This document shows, one piece after another, positions 21,099 through 30,997 of a DNA stretch of 64,000 nucleotides. Origin of the DNA: Candidatus Rifleibacteriota bacterium. Its GTDB lineage: Bacteria > Muiribacteriota > Ozemobacteria > Ozemobacterales > Ozemobacteraceae. Location: NCBI GenBank assembly GCA_024710355.1, contig JANJUX010000033.1, positions 181,981 through 245,980 on the forward strand, given 5' to 3'. The position numbers and the translations under genes were made by a program. Under the pieces are notes generated by a model that was given only the letters and a program-made list of their open reading frames with translations, ran no database searches and was not told where the DNA came from. Positions within the stretch are counted from its first letter, which is position 1, and every line of letters starts with the position of its first letter.

Positions 21099-24000
21099 TT
21101 AAGGCTTTTTGTCCGGGTTCGTCAGGCAGTAGAAAACCGGAATCACCAGCACCGTCAGCACCGCAGAAATGGCTATGCCGCCAATCGAGGCCATGCCAAT
21201 GCCGCTGCGTAATTCACTGCCCAGGCTGTTATCGAGCGCCATCGGCAGCATGCCGGCTACCGCCGCCAGTGTAATCATGGTAACCGCACGCATTTCGTTC
21301 TCTATGGCCGCAAACATTGCCTGATGCGGGCTTTGCCCGGCCTCAAGATTGAGCTGAACCCGGTCCATGATGAGAATGGCATTGTTGACGACAATACCGA
21401 TAAGCATGACGCCGCCAAGCAGCACCATCATCGAAATTGGTTCTCCGGACAGGTAAAGTGCCCATATACACCCGATCAGACCAAGCGGAATGGTGACCAG
21501 AATTATAAGCGGCCGGGTAAAAGAATTTAGAATTGCAGCAAGCAGCAGATAGGTGAGAAAAAACGCAATGATGCCGACTTCGACAAAGTCAGCCATGCCC
21601 TCGTGCATAGCTTCGACCTTTCCGAAAAAAGAGTGTGAATAACCCGCCGGCAAGGGCTTCTCGGCAGTAATCAAGCTGACAAGCTGATCGGCGGCCCGGC
21701 CTAATGGGGTGCCAGTGGCCGGGTTGGCATAAAACATCACGACGCGGCTTTTGTTGCGCCTGGTGATCAGAACCGGCGCCTGTTTCTGCTCGATACTGGC
21801 GAAGTTGCGCAGAATCACCGGGTGCCCTGCCGGGCCGGGCATTTCGAGCTCATTGATCTGATTCAATCCCTCTTTTTCGCTGAGTTTGACGCGAATGTCG
21901 TAAGAGCGCGCCTCACTTTTGAAAATACCGGCCTTTGCCCCTTCGAGGTTGGTTCTTAGAGCCATACCCAGGTGGGTTGCCGGGACTTTGAGATCGCCAA
22001 GAACGGCCCGCTGCGGCTTAATCCGCAGCTCGTTCTTGCCTGATCTTACCGATGTGTCGATTTCTTCCAGCCAGCCGGTTTTTCTGGCTCTGGCAGCAAG
22101 ATCGGTGACAATACCGTTTAGAACCGCGAAGTCATTGCCGTTGATTACCAGCTTGAGCTCGGCACCGGCTCCAGTCTGATCAGGCAGAGTCGTGCTGACC
22201 ATGACATCGGGTACTTTATCGAGCCGGTCCGTGATCATGCTGCGCAGACTGTGAATGTCGAGCTCGCGCTGATTCTTTTCGCTGAATTTGCAGAAAATCT
22301 GAGCCAGGTAAACGCCTTCAGAAGTCTGGCCGACCGTGCCGTCGATTTTTCCGACCGTTGTCAGTCGATGTTTCAGTTCAGGCACATCTGCAAGCGTCTG
22401 CTCGATCGATTTTGTCTTTTCAATGGTTGCTGCCAGTGAAAAAGTTGTCGGAAACTCAAGCTTAACAATGATTTCGCCGCGATCGGCCACCGGCAGAAAG
22501 GCAAAACCGACTGCCGGAACAAGATACAGGGCATGCCCGAGCAGCAGGAGAGTCAGCAGAATGAACGTGGCGGCCCGCCAGCGCTTTTCGGCGAGTTTCC
22601 TGACTATGCCGACAACGAACGCGGTAAAACGGGCAAAGTTGTGATTCCAGAATTTTTCAAGTCTTTTGAGCGGTGAATCCTTATCGCTGGCGGGTCTGAT
22701 GATTCGGGCGGCGAGGGCCGGCGTCAGCGTGAACGACAGAAACAGCGAAATGGCCGTAACCCCGACCATGGTCAGCGCAAACGGAATGAAAAATTGCCCG
22801 ATCTGCCCCTTCATAAGGCTGATCGGAAAAAGAACGACAATGTTAGTGCCGGCACTGGCGATAACGGCCGCCACAATCTCACTGCTGCCTTCAATGGCAG
22901 CATTTTCGCTGTTCTGGCCCGCCGCAATCCTTGCAACGATACTCTCAAGAACAACAATGGCGTTGGTAACGAGTATGCCGACCGAAAGACCGAGTGACAT
23001 CAAAGTCACGGTATTGAGGCTGTAGCCCATCGATGCGATGAAGCAGATGCCCGCAATGACCGTAAGTGGCATGGTTATGGCTACAGTAATCGTTGAACTG
23101 ATGTTGTAGAGAAAGAAAAACATCAGAATCGCGGTCAGCAGAATTCCCTGCCAGATGTTATCGACCGCATTATCGGCCGATGCCTGAACGTATGCGCCCG
23201 AATCGGCTACCCAGATAACCTCGATACCGCCGGGCAGCCGGTTTTTGAGGCTCTCAATGCTTTTTTTTACCTGCTTTACGACCTCGACGGCATTGGCGTC
23301 AGATCGCTTGATAATCTGAGCGGCAATGCACTGTCGCCCGTCGATACTGGCGGCCTGCCGACGCTCTTCGCTTGCCATAATGATTTCGCCAACGTCACGC
23401 AGATAGCATCGTTGACCATTGCGGTTGGCGATTTCTAGATCGGCCAGATCTCTGAAATTGCGAAAATCCGCGTCGAACTTGACCGCATATTCAGAACCAT
23501 CGTGTCTGATGCGGCCGGCAGGGATCAGCTTAACTTCCTTGCGTATCGCTCCGGCAACATCGAGACTGGTAAGGCCTCTGGCTGCGAGCTTCTCGCGGTC
23601 GAGCAACACCTGCACCTCACGTCTGGCGCCGCCGGTGAGCTTGATCTCGGCAACTCCGGGTAAAGTGGCGAGAAAATCTCTGAATTCGTTGTCGGCGTAG
23701 TCGAAAATCTCTTCGATAGGCCGGTTTCCGGCAATTGCCAGATTGATGATCGGTTGCGCATTGATATCGTATTTAAGAACCCTTGGCTTTTCGACCCCTT
23801 CAGGAAAATCGCGCAGAATGAGATCGAGCTTGTCACGCACGTCATTGGCCGCCAGGTCGACACTGGTGCCGACATGAAATTCGAGAAAAGTCTGACAGGC
23901 GTTTTCCATGCATGACGAAGTCAGGTTTTTAAGGCCGTCGATGCTGCCGACCGCGTCTTCTATGCGCTTTGCCACATCGGTTTCTATCTCTTCCGGCGAG

Positions 24001-24161
24001 GCACCGGGGTAGACGGTGACGACCGTTATAAACGGCATATCGGTTTTGGGAAGTTCTTCGAGCGGGAGTTTGCGGTATGAGTTGATTCCGAGGCCGGCAA
24101 TGGCCAGCATCAGGCAGATTACCGCAACCCAGCGCCTTACTGACAGGCTGATCAGATTCAT
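21099..24161 (-). CDS. RND efflux permease (HAE1/AcrB family)
   Basis: 1020 aa, 12-TM + large periplasmic loops, N-terminus MNLISLSVRRWVAVICLMLAIAGLG...; 4-nt overlap with upstream MFP gene. Confidence 0.9.
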   Translation of the reverse strand: MNLISLSVRRWVAVICLMLAIAGLGINSYRKLPLEELPKTDMPFITVVTVYPGASPEEIETDVAKRIEDAVGSIDGLKNLTSSCMENACQTFLEFHVGTSVDLAANDVRDKLDLILRDFPEGVEKPRVLKYDINAQPIINLAIAGNRPIEEIFDYADNEFRDFLATLPGVAEIKLTGGARREVQVLLDREKLAARGLTSLDVAGAIRKEVKLIPAGRIRHDGSEYAVKFDADFRNFRDLADLEIANRNGQRCYLRDVGEIIMASEERRQAASIDGRQCIAAQIIKRSDANAVEVVKQVKKSIESLKNRLPGGIEVIWVADSGAYVQASADNAVDNIWQGILLTAILMFFFLYNISSTITVAITMPLTVIAGICFIASMGYSLNTVTLMSLGLSVGILVTNAIVVLESIVARIAAGQNSENAAIEGSSEIVAAVIASAGTNIVVLFPISLMKGQIGQFFIPFALTMVGVTAISLFLSFTLTPALAARIIRPASDKDSPLKRLEKFWNHNFARFTAFVVGIVRKLAEKRWRAATFILLTLLLLGHALYLVPAVGFAFLPVADRGEIIVKLEFPTTFSLAATIEKTKSIEQTLADVPELKHRLTTVGKIDGTVGQTSEGVYLAQIFCKFSEKNQRELDIHSLRSMITDRLDKVPDVMVSTTLPDQTGAGAELKLVINGNDFAVLNGIVTDLAARARKTGWLEEIDTSVRSGKNELRIKPQRAVLGDLKVPATHLGMALRTNLEGAKAGIFKSEARSYDIRVKLSEKEGLNQINELEMPGPAGHPVILRNFASIEQKQAPVLITRRNKSRVVMFYANPATGTPLGRAADQLVSLITAEKPLPAGYSHSFFGKVEAMHEGMADFVEVGIIAFFLTYLLLAAILNSFTRPLIILVTIPLGLIGCIWALYLSGEPISMMVLLGGVMLIGIVVNNAILIMDRVQLNLEAGQSPHQAMFAAIENEMRAVTMITLAAVAGMLPMALDNSLGSELRSGIGMASIGGIAISAVLTVLVIPVFYCLTNPDKKP

Positions 24162-25342
24162 TTTACTGCCTCACTGTCGTGTTTCTGCACCTGTACCTGC
24201 TGACCGTCATTTATCAGATGCTGGCCGCCACTTATGATCTGGTCGCCTTCTTTAAGACTGTCAGCCTGATTAACTGCCGTGACCTCATAGAAACCGCTAT
24301 TTTCAAGACCGGTAGTCACCATGATCATGCGGGCCCGGTTCCCTTCCACCCGAAAAATCGCCTTGCCGTTGTCACGGTTGAGAATCGTGGCGGCCGGCAC
24401 TGCCAGACCGTTTTTCTCTGCAAGCAATATGGTGACTTCGGCAAGTGCGCCCGGTACCAGCATTTTGTTCGGGTCTGCCACCTGGCATTTTATCTGAAAA
24501 GTTCGCAGCTCAGGGCTGATTTCGGGGCTTTTGAACGATACGACGGTTTTTATTTCTGCCCCGGAATATGATTTTATGCCGACTCTTGTCTGGTCCTTTT
24601 CGACCCGGTGATAGTATTCTGCCGGCAGATAGGCCGAAACCTCGATATTGTCAGGGTCTTTGATCAGCAGAATTGGTTTGCCCGGGGCGGCCATCTCACC
24701 CGGTTCCTGAAGTTTCTGCGAAATCCGGCCCGAAATGGGTGCAAGAACCGTAGAATCGGCAAAATCTTTTTCGGCGATAACGAGCGCCAGTTCTGCCTTT
24801 TTCAGCTGCTCCTGATCGAGTGCGATCAGTGTTTTGATGTGTTCGATCGTGGCTTCGCTGACTTTGAGCTTAAGCATCGCCTTTTCGTAGTTGTCCTGGC
24901 TGGTTGAGTTGTCTTCCCAGAGCAGGCGTGAGCGGTTCGCGTCCTGCTTTGACTTTTCGAGGTCGGCCTCGGCCTGTTTGAGCCGCGCTTCTTTTTCTTT
25001 GATGGCAAGCCTGGCGATCGTCAGTTCCTGGCGCCTGATTTCAAGATTCTTTTCGAGCTTGACCGGGTCGATGACAAACAGGCGGGTTTTGTTGGCTTCG
25101 ACCGCCTCGCCTTCTTTGACAAAAATCGCTTCGATCGGCCCGGGAATCCGTGGCGAAACGCGGGCGATGCTGGCAGAATCGACATTTCCCTGCACCCGCA
25201 GCGTTTCTGAGAAAATGCGGGCGGTGACCGGAGTCGTGATGACCGCGGGTGACTGAGCCCCGCTGCTCTGTGCGCCGGCAGCGCAAACAACAAAGAGGAG
25301 GGCGGTTGTCAGAAGAAAAATTGTTGATCGGGTAGATTTCAT
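24158..25342 (-). CDS. RND efflux periplasmic adaptor (membrane fusion protein, HlyD family)
   Basis: 394 aa, signal/anchor, coiled-coil hairpin region, beta-barrel C-terminal; translationally coupled to RND permease. Confidence 0.85.
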   Translation of the reverse strand: MKSTRSTIFLLTTALLFVVCAAGAQSSGAQSPAVITTPVTARIFSETLRVQGNVDSASIARVSPRIPGPIEAIFVKEGEAVEANKTRLFVIDPVKLEKNLEIRRQELTIARLAIKEKEARLKQAEADLEKSKQDANRSRLLWEDNSTSQDNYEKAMLKLKVSEATIEHIKTLIALDQEQLKKAELALVIAEKDFADSTVLAPISGRISQKLQEPGEMAAPGKPILLIKDPDNIEVSAYLPAEYYHRVEKDQTRVGIKSYSGAEIKTVVSFKSPEISPELRTFQIKCQVADPNKMLVPGALAEVTILLAEKNGLAVPAATILNRDNGKAIFRVEGNRARMIMVTTGLENSGFYEVTAVNQADSLKEGDQIISGGQHLINDGQQVQVQKHDSEAVK

Positions 25343-25441
25343 ATTATTGGCCTCACAATCCGCGATTTTAAATTAATTTCAGGTAACTCCAGCTTGGTTT
25401 TGGGTATAAGCAATTCTGCCTCACTGGAATCAGGGCGACTT

Positions 25442-26239
25442 TCAGGTTCTGTTGGCAGGAATTGGCTTTGCCTTCGGTTTGCGCCGGGCAGCCGGTTTTT
25501 TGCCGTCAGGTGACTTTTTAAGAGGTTTTGGGGGTTGCTCGTGCAGCAGCCATTCAAGCGACAGTTCATATATGTGTTCAGAAATGGCGTTAACGGTGCG
25601 GATGTCGAAACTGGTGTCAGGATTGGCGATTTTGATCATGTCACGCCCGAAAACATAAAAGAAAATCTGACCGACGACTGAATAGGCCCACCACCTTGCA
25701 CTGATCGGGTCAACGTCATTTTTTATTCTGAGAGCAAGGTTTTCGAGAAATTCAAAATCGGGTTTGAAAACTTCGATACTTTTCTGATCTTCGGCAAATG
25801 GAACTTCGAAACCGGCTCTGACAATGAGTTTGCCATACCAGGACGGAGCCTTGCCGCTCAAAAGAAACATGCAGCGATTGTGAATGAAAATGCGCAGCCG
25901 AACGGCAAGAGTTTCTTTTGAGTCATCCGTTTCGGTTTCAACCGGTTGCATGATATGGCTGAGAACGTGTTTTAAGGCGCATACGAAAAGATTCTGTTTG
26001 GTTCCGAAGTGATAATTGACGGCGGCAATGTTTTGCTTCGAGGTGTCGGCGATCATCTTGATGCTGGTGCCGCTGTAGCCATGCTCGGCAAACAACTGCC
26101 CGGCACATTCGAGCAGAAGATCATGTGTAGATTTCTTTTTGTTTGTTCTGGTTTCTGAAGCCGACCTGGTTACCAGATCTCTGTTGTTGTCAGCAAATCT
26201 GCCGCGCATATTATTCTCCCGGAAAAAAAGCTCAATCAA
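25442..26239 (-). CDS. TetR family transcriptional regulator
   Basis: HTH LLECAGQLFAEHGYSGTSIKMIADTSKQNIAAVNYHFGTKQNLF; upstream of MFP-RND. Confidence 0.8.
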   Translation of the reverse strand: MIELFFRENNMRGRFADNNRDLVTRSASETRTNKKKSTHDLLLECAGQLFAEHGYSGTSIKMIADTSKQNIAAVNYHFGTKQNLFVCALKHVLSHIMQPVETETDDSKETLAVRLRIFIHNRCMFLLSGKAPSWYGKLIVRAGFEVPFAEDQKSIEVFKPDFEFLENLALRIKNDVDPISARWWAYSVVGQIFFYVFGRDMIKIANPDTSFDIRTVNAISEHIYELSLEWLLHEQPPKPLKKSPDGKKPAARRKPKAKPIPANRT

Positions 26240-26250
26240 ATATTTAATTT

Positions 26251-26262
26251 AAATGATCATTT
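26251..26262. promoter_or_regulatory. perfect 12-bp palindrome AAATGATCATTT (candidate TetR operator)
   Basis: Self-complementary 12-mer 12 bp upstream of the tetR start codon, in divergent promoter region with ClC gene. Confidence 0.4.
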
Positions 26263-26555
26263 GAATTTTGTCAAAGTTTTGCCTTGAAACTCTTACCGGA
26301 TGCTTGCAAAATGAGAAGATGAGAGTATCATTGATTGCTGCAGGCCGAATGCAGTCAACCTGGTCGATAGTAAAGGCCTTCTTGCAATCCACTTAACCAG
26401 GCTGTTGTCGATGAAATTCCTGCCTGTAAATGTTTCTGGTCCAAACTCGGGAATGACGAAAAACCCGGCAATTCAAATCTGGCGAAAGATTGAATTGTTA
26501 AAACGGTCTTAGACAGATTTTTATCTTATGAATCGATGATGTCATAGAAAGTGTC

Positions 26556-27911
26556 ATGGAAAACGAATTACACTTAAAATGCTTTCTCACCCGGCGCCGA
26601 CTGGCTGCCAAATCAGTTCTGCTCGGCATTGTTTCCGGGCTGGTAGCGGTTATGTTCAGAATCGGTCTCGAAAAGGCGGAACACATAAGGGTGATTCTAC
26701 TGGGCCTGTTGCGTTCGCAGCACGCGCTTATGCCTTCTCTGGTTTTTGCAGTCGCCATGGCGGCAATTCTGATTGCCCTGAAAAAATGGGCGCCTGAGGC
26801 TTCAGGTAGCGGCATTCCACATTTGAAAGGTGTTCTTAAAGAAGGTTTTGAATTCCGGGCGGTTCCGGTCCTGCTGGTTAAATTTTTTGGCGGCCTCATC
26901 GGCATCGGAGCCGGGCTTGCGCTCGGCCGCGAAGGTCCAACCGTGCAGATGGGCAGCGCAGTTGGTGATATCTGCGCCAGAATCTTCAAATCCAGTCATC
27001 AGGAACGGGTCCTTATGCTCTGTGCCGGCGCCGGCGCCGGCCTTGCTTCGGCGTTCAATGCGCCGCTTGCCGGGCTGCTGTTCATTATTGAAGAACTGCA
27101 GCAGAAACTGGACCGTTTCAGCCTGGTGGTCGCTTTTTCGGCAACCATATCTGCCAATCTTGTCTGTAGACTGATTCTGGGGCAGAGCCCGATTTTTCAG
27201 TTGCGTCTGGTTGATTACCCCGACCTGCGCCTCGTTTTGTGGTCGATTCTTTTTGGCGTGGCCATTGGTTTTGTCGGGCTGGCGTTCAATCGATTGCTGA
27301 TCAGGTCGTTGCGGGTTTTTGGTCCGTTCAGGCTGCTGCTTGGCATTCTTCTCGGAATTCTGTTCGGTTTTACCGGTTACTATTTTCCTGATCTGCTCGG
27401 CACCGGACACCGCCTGACCGAAAATGTTTTCCTATGGCGCTACCCGCTGAAACTGCTCGCAGTGTTTCTGCTGGCGCGCTTTCTTCTGACGCTGCTCAGC
27501 TACAACACCGGGGCCCCGGGTGGTATTTTTGCGCCGATTCTTTTACTCGGAGCCCTCTGTGGCGGCATTTTTCAGCATCTGGTCAACTGGGTCGACCCGG
27601 GTCGCTTTGACCCGATGATTTTTCTGGTGCTCGGTATGGCGGGCATGTTTTCGGCAGTCGTGCGCGGCCCGCTGACCGGCACGGTGCTGATCATGGAAAT
27701 GACCAACGAATTCATGCTGCTGCTGCCATTGATGATCGTTTCGATCATGGCTTACGCCGTGCCAGAATTTGCCCACAACAAGCCAATTTACGACGAACTG
27801 CTCGACCTCGATCTGGCCCGCCGCAGGGCTGATGCCGCCGCCTGTGCAGTCTCAGGCGGCGCAGAAGCAAGAGAAGAATCACCAGACACCGGTTTGATCG
27901 ACAGGGAATAA
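26556..27911 (+). CDS. ClC family chloride channel / H+-Cl- antiporter
   Basis: GSGIP, GREGPTVQMG and GGIFAPIL selectivity-filter motifs; ~10-12 TM. Confidence 0.85.
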   Translation: MENELHLKCFLTRRRLAAKSVLLGIVSGLVAVMFRIGLEKAEHIRVILLGLLRSQHALMPSLVFAVAMAAILIALKKWAPEASGSGIPHLKGVLKEGFEFRAVPVLLVKFFGGLIGIGAGLALGREGPTVQMGSAVGDICARIFKSSHQERVLMLCAGAGAGLASAFNAPLAGLLFIIEELQQKLDRFSLVVAFSATISANLVCRLILGQSPIFQLRLVDYPDLRLVLWSILFGVAIGFVGLAFNRLLIRSLRVFGPFRLLLGILLGILFGFTGYYFPDLLGTGHRLTENVFLWRYPLKLLAVFLLARFLLTLLSYNTGAPGGIFAPILLLGALCGGIFQHLVNWVDPGRFDPMIFLVLGMAGMFSAVVRGPLTGTVLIMEMTNEFMLLLPLMIVSIMAYAVPEFAHNKPIYDELLDLDLARRRADAAACAVSGGAEAREESPDTGLIDRE

Positions 27912-27920
27912 AAATTCCTC

Positions 27921-27950
27921 AAGAACCAGCGGCCGCTGGTTCTTTGTCAT
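27921..27950 (+). terminator. hairpin AAGAACCAGCG-GCCG-CTGGTTCTT after ClC gene
   Basis: 9-11 bp inverted repeat immediately after stop; weak T tract (CTTTGTC). Confidence 0.4.
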
Positions 27951-28069
27951 ATATAGTCAAGAACTGACAGGGTTACGCCATTCCCACGCCTGCCCCCGTG
28001 ACTGGAGTAAGTGGGAACGACGAAGAACCCTGTGGTAAAACATGGCAAAAAATCTGCTGTGAAATTTGT

Positions 28070-28591
28070 TCAGAATGCGCTGTCTTTGGCAATTTCTACG
28101 ATCAGCTGTGTATCTTTGGGTATGTCGATATGTTTGCCTTTGACGAAGGTGCCGCCGATCAGGCCAATGGGGCCGAGCAGCATGTAGCCGCCGAGCGAGG
28201 CACCGGCCGCCAGGCCCATCTGCTCGTTGGTTTTAACCGATTTTTCGCCGAGAGTAATCGGCAGTTCTTTACCGTTAGCTGCGGTAACCGTCAGGTAGCG
28301 CAGTTTTAAACTGCCATTGCGGCCAAAATTGCCAGGTCTTCGCACCTTTTCGAGCTGAGCGCGGGCTGTTGCACCCTTTTTGACGATTGTGCGTCTGCCG
28401 ATTTTTATCTCTTCGACAACGGTAAATCTAACCATTTCACCGGTCTTGCTGCTGCGTGTCGACAGGTTTTCTTCGAGGTTGAGGCGCACCAGGGTTCCGG
28501 CCGGAACCATCAGCGCTGCTGCGGCAAAAGCTTCAGTCAGCTGGCAGAAAATTATAAAAAGACAAATCAGTTTGATTGCAAAATGCTTCAT
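28070..28591 (-). CDS. small secreted hypothetical protein
   Basis: 173 aa with signal peptide MKHFAIKLICLFIIFCQLTEAFA; beta-rich; no recognised family. Confidence 0.4.
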   Translation of the reverse strand: MKHFAIKLICLFIIFCQLTEAFAAAALMVPAGTLVRLNLEENLSTRSSKTGEMVRFTVVEEIKIGRRTIVKKGATARAQLEKVRRPGNFGRNGSLKLRYLTVTAANGKELPITLGEKSVKTNEQMGLAAGASLGGYMLLGPIGLIGGTFVKGKHIDIPKDTQLIVEIAKDSAF

Positions 28592-29026
28592 GGCGATTCT
28601 CCTTTACAAAGTCCTTATTTATCGGGATTTTCGAAACATCTGCATTTGCAGAACCGAATGGATTCCCGGCACATATTCTTTTTTTTCCTATTATTGAATT
28701 TATACAATTCGGGGGTCGATGGCAACGTCGGGGTCGACAATTAATTTAAATTCTGTCTGGCCAGTTCTATACAAGCCCGCAAACAATAGAGCGGTTCAGT
28801 TGAAGCGCCCGGCAGTATTTTACCCTGACACTGCCAGTCATCGCCGGCTTGTTTATGTATCAGGCAATAATCTCTGCAATTAAAGAAAAACAACTGTTGT
28901 TGTGATTTTTATCAATAAACGAAGAATGGTGACGAAAAACCTTGAAAAAACATAAAAAATAAATAATATTAGAATAAAGCATATAAAATCGGATCTTTTG
29001 ACTTAAATTCGCCACCAGGGGGAAGA

Positions 29027-30814
29027 ATGTATAGTCAAAAACGTGTAGAAAAGCTTATGGCGACGGTGCCGGCTTTTACCGAAATTCTTGTTTCTTCGTC
29101 TGATTATCAGGTCGCACGCAAGCGTCTGCTGGCTGAAACCCGACGCCTGATCGAAGAAAACGACGATGAAGAGCTATTGTTGATCAGCGGGTTGCAGTTT
29201 GCACTTCGACTGAACTGTGTAAGGGTTTTCAGGCAGTTTTTGAGTCTGAGATCATCTAAAATAGCCGGTTTCGATCTGGTTAAGGTTCTTTTCGATCTTG
29301 CCCACAACAACAAGCGCGATTTGCCGCCCGACCTTTCAGATGCCTTTCTTGAAGATCTGTACCGGATTTTCAGAGGGATTGTCGGCCGGGCCGGAATTTA
29401 CGAACCTCTTAAAAAATCGAGAAAAAAGGGCAGAGAAGCGGCAATAGCCCGCTCGGAATCGCTCAATGAACTGTGCGCAGTCTCTGACGCCACGATCGCA
29501 AAATACCGCAGCGGTCTGGAACCTGAAATTATCAGGCAGAGAGAAGATAACCGCCGGCGCATCATGAGGTTTTTCGACTGCACGGAAAGCGAATTCGCTG
29601 ACTATCAGTGGCAGCTGCGTCATATCGTGCGTGATGCAGAAACACTTGGCAAACTGGTTGAGCTCTCTGAAACCGAGCGGCAGTCGATCGACATGGCCAG
29701 AAAAAGCGGTATTCCGTTTGGCATCACCCCATACTATGTTTCTTTGTTCGACTATTCTTCTGCAAGCCAGTATGACATGCCGGTTCGCACACAGGTAATT
29801 CCGCCGGCGAGCTATGTCGAGGCGGTTCAGAAAAATCAGGGCGATTGCGCCAAAAATCTCGATTTTATGCGCGAAGGCGATACCTCGCCGATTGATCTGA
29901 TTACCCGCCGGTATCCGCGGATCGTGGTTTTCAAGCCTTACAATACCTGCAGTCAGATCTGTGTTTACTGTCAGCGCAACTGGGAAATCGACGACGCCTG
30001 GGCCCCCGGTGCTCTCGCGCCGCGTGACAAAATCGATGCGGCAATTGCCTGGATAGCTGCCAACCCGGCGGTTAACGAGGTGCTTCTGACTGGCGGTGAT
30101 CCGCTGGTGATGAGTGATGCAAACATCAGGTATGTGCTCGAAAGTTTGTCGGCAATCAGCAGCATCGTGCGTATACGCATCGGCACACGCACCCCGGTGG
30201 CGCTGCCGCAGAGGATTACCGAAGAACTCGTCGCCCTGATAGCCCGCTTCCATGAGCCAGGTAAGCGGGAGGTGGCGATTGTGACGCACTTTGAGCACAG
30301 CTGCGAGATTACCCCCGAGGCGATGCAGGCCATTCAGAAGTTCAGACACGCCGGTATGAGCTGTTACAACCAGACAGTGTTCACAATTCAGAACTGCCGC
30401 CGTTTTGAGGTGAGCGCTCTGCGGCGATGGCTGCGTCTGATCGGGGTCGAGCCCTACTATACCTTCAACGCCAAGGGCAAGGAAGAAACTGATTTTTACC
30501 GGGTGCCGCTCGCCCGTCTGCAGCAGGAAGCGAAAGAGGAAGCCCGTCTGTTGCCAGGTCTTTCACGCACTGACGAGCCGGTTTATAACGTACCTGGCCT
30601 CGGAAAAAATTACCTCCGGGCTGAGCAGAACCATCTACTGCTGACGATTTTGCCTGATGGCCGGCGGGTTTATGAGTTTCACCCCTGGGAAAAATTCATC
30701 GCCAACAGCGAGTCGTATCTGCACCGCGATATACCGATTCTCGATTATCTCAAAAAGCTCGAAGCCTTAGGCGAAAAGGCCTCTGATTACCGCAGCATTT
30801 ATTATTATTTTTAA
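29027..30814 (+). CDS. KamA-family radical SAM protein (lysine/glutamate 2,3-aminomutase-like) with ~280-aa N-terminal extension
   Basis: CxxxCxxC radical SAM triad in TCSQICVYCQRNW; KamA N-terminal motif FGITPYYVSLFD; 595 aa vs ~350-420 typical. Confidence 0.7.
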   Translation: MYSQKRVEKLMATVPAFTEILVSSSDYQVARKRLLAETRRLIEENDDEELLLISGLQFALRLNCVRVFRQFLSLRSSKIAGFDLVKVLFDLAHNNKRDLPPDLSDAFLEDLYRIFRGIVGRAGIYEPLKKSRKKGREAAIARSESLNELCAVSDATIAKYRSGLEPEIIRQREDNRRRIMRFFDCTESEFADYQWQLRHIVRDAETLGKLVELSETERQSIDMARKSGIPFGITPYYVSLFDYSSASQYDMPVRTQVIPPASYVEAVQKNQGDCAKNLDFMREGDTSPIDLITRRYPRIVVFKPYNTCSQICVYCQRNWEIDDAWAPGALAPRDKIDAAIAWIAANPAVNEVLLTGGDPLVMSDANIRYVLESLSAISSIVRIRIGTRTPVALPQRITEELVALIARFHEPGKREVAIVTHFEHSCEITPEAMQAIQKFRHAGMSCYNQTVFTIQNCRRFEVSALRRWLRLIGVEPYYTFNAKGKEETDFYRVPLARLQQEAKEEARLLPGLSRTDEPVYNVPGLGKNYLRAEQNHLLLTILPDGRRVYEFHPWEKFIANSESYLHRDIPILDYLKKLEALGEKASDYRSIYYYF

Positions 30815-30997
30815 AAAGGTCACTGTCCTAATAAGCGCAGGAACGGGTAACCTGTGGATCATCGCGGCAAAGCCTGCGTTCGCGAGTGCGGTTAGTGTGG
30901 CTTGTAAAGCAGCTTGAATAATTAATCAATAAAACTTCCTGGATTTTGTGGAGTATACTTGTTGTGTACGATTTTCTGGAAACTTCAGGAGTTTTTT

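Noticed and set aside
29336-30349. 337-aa minus-strand ORF
   Set aside because: Completely inside and antisense to the KamA-family gene, which carries strong conserved motifs.
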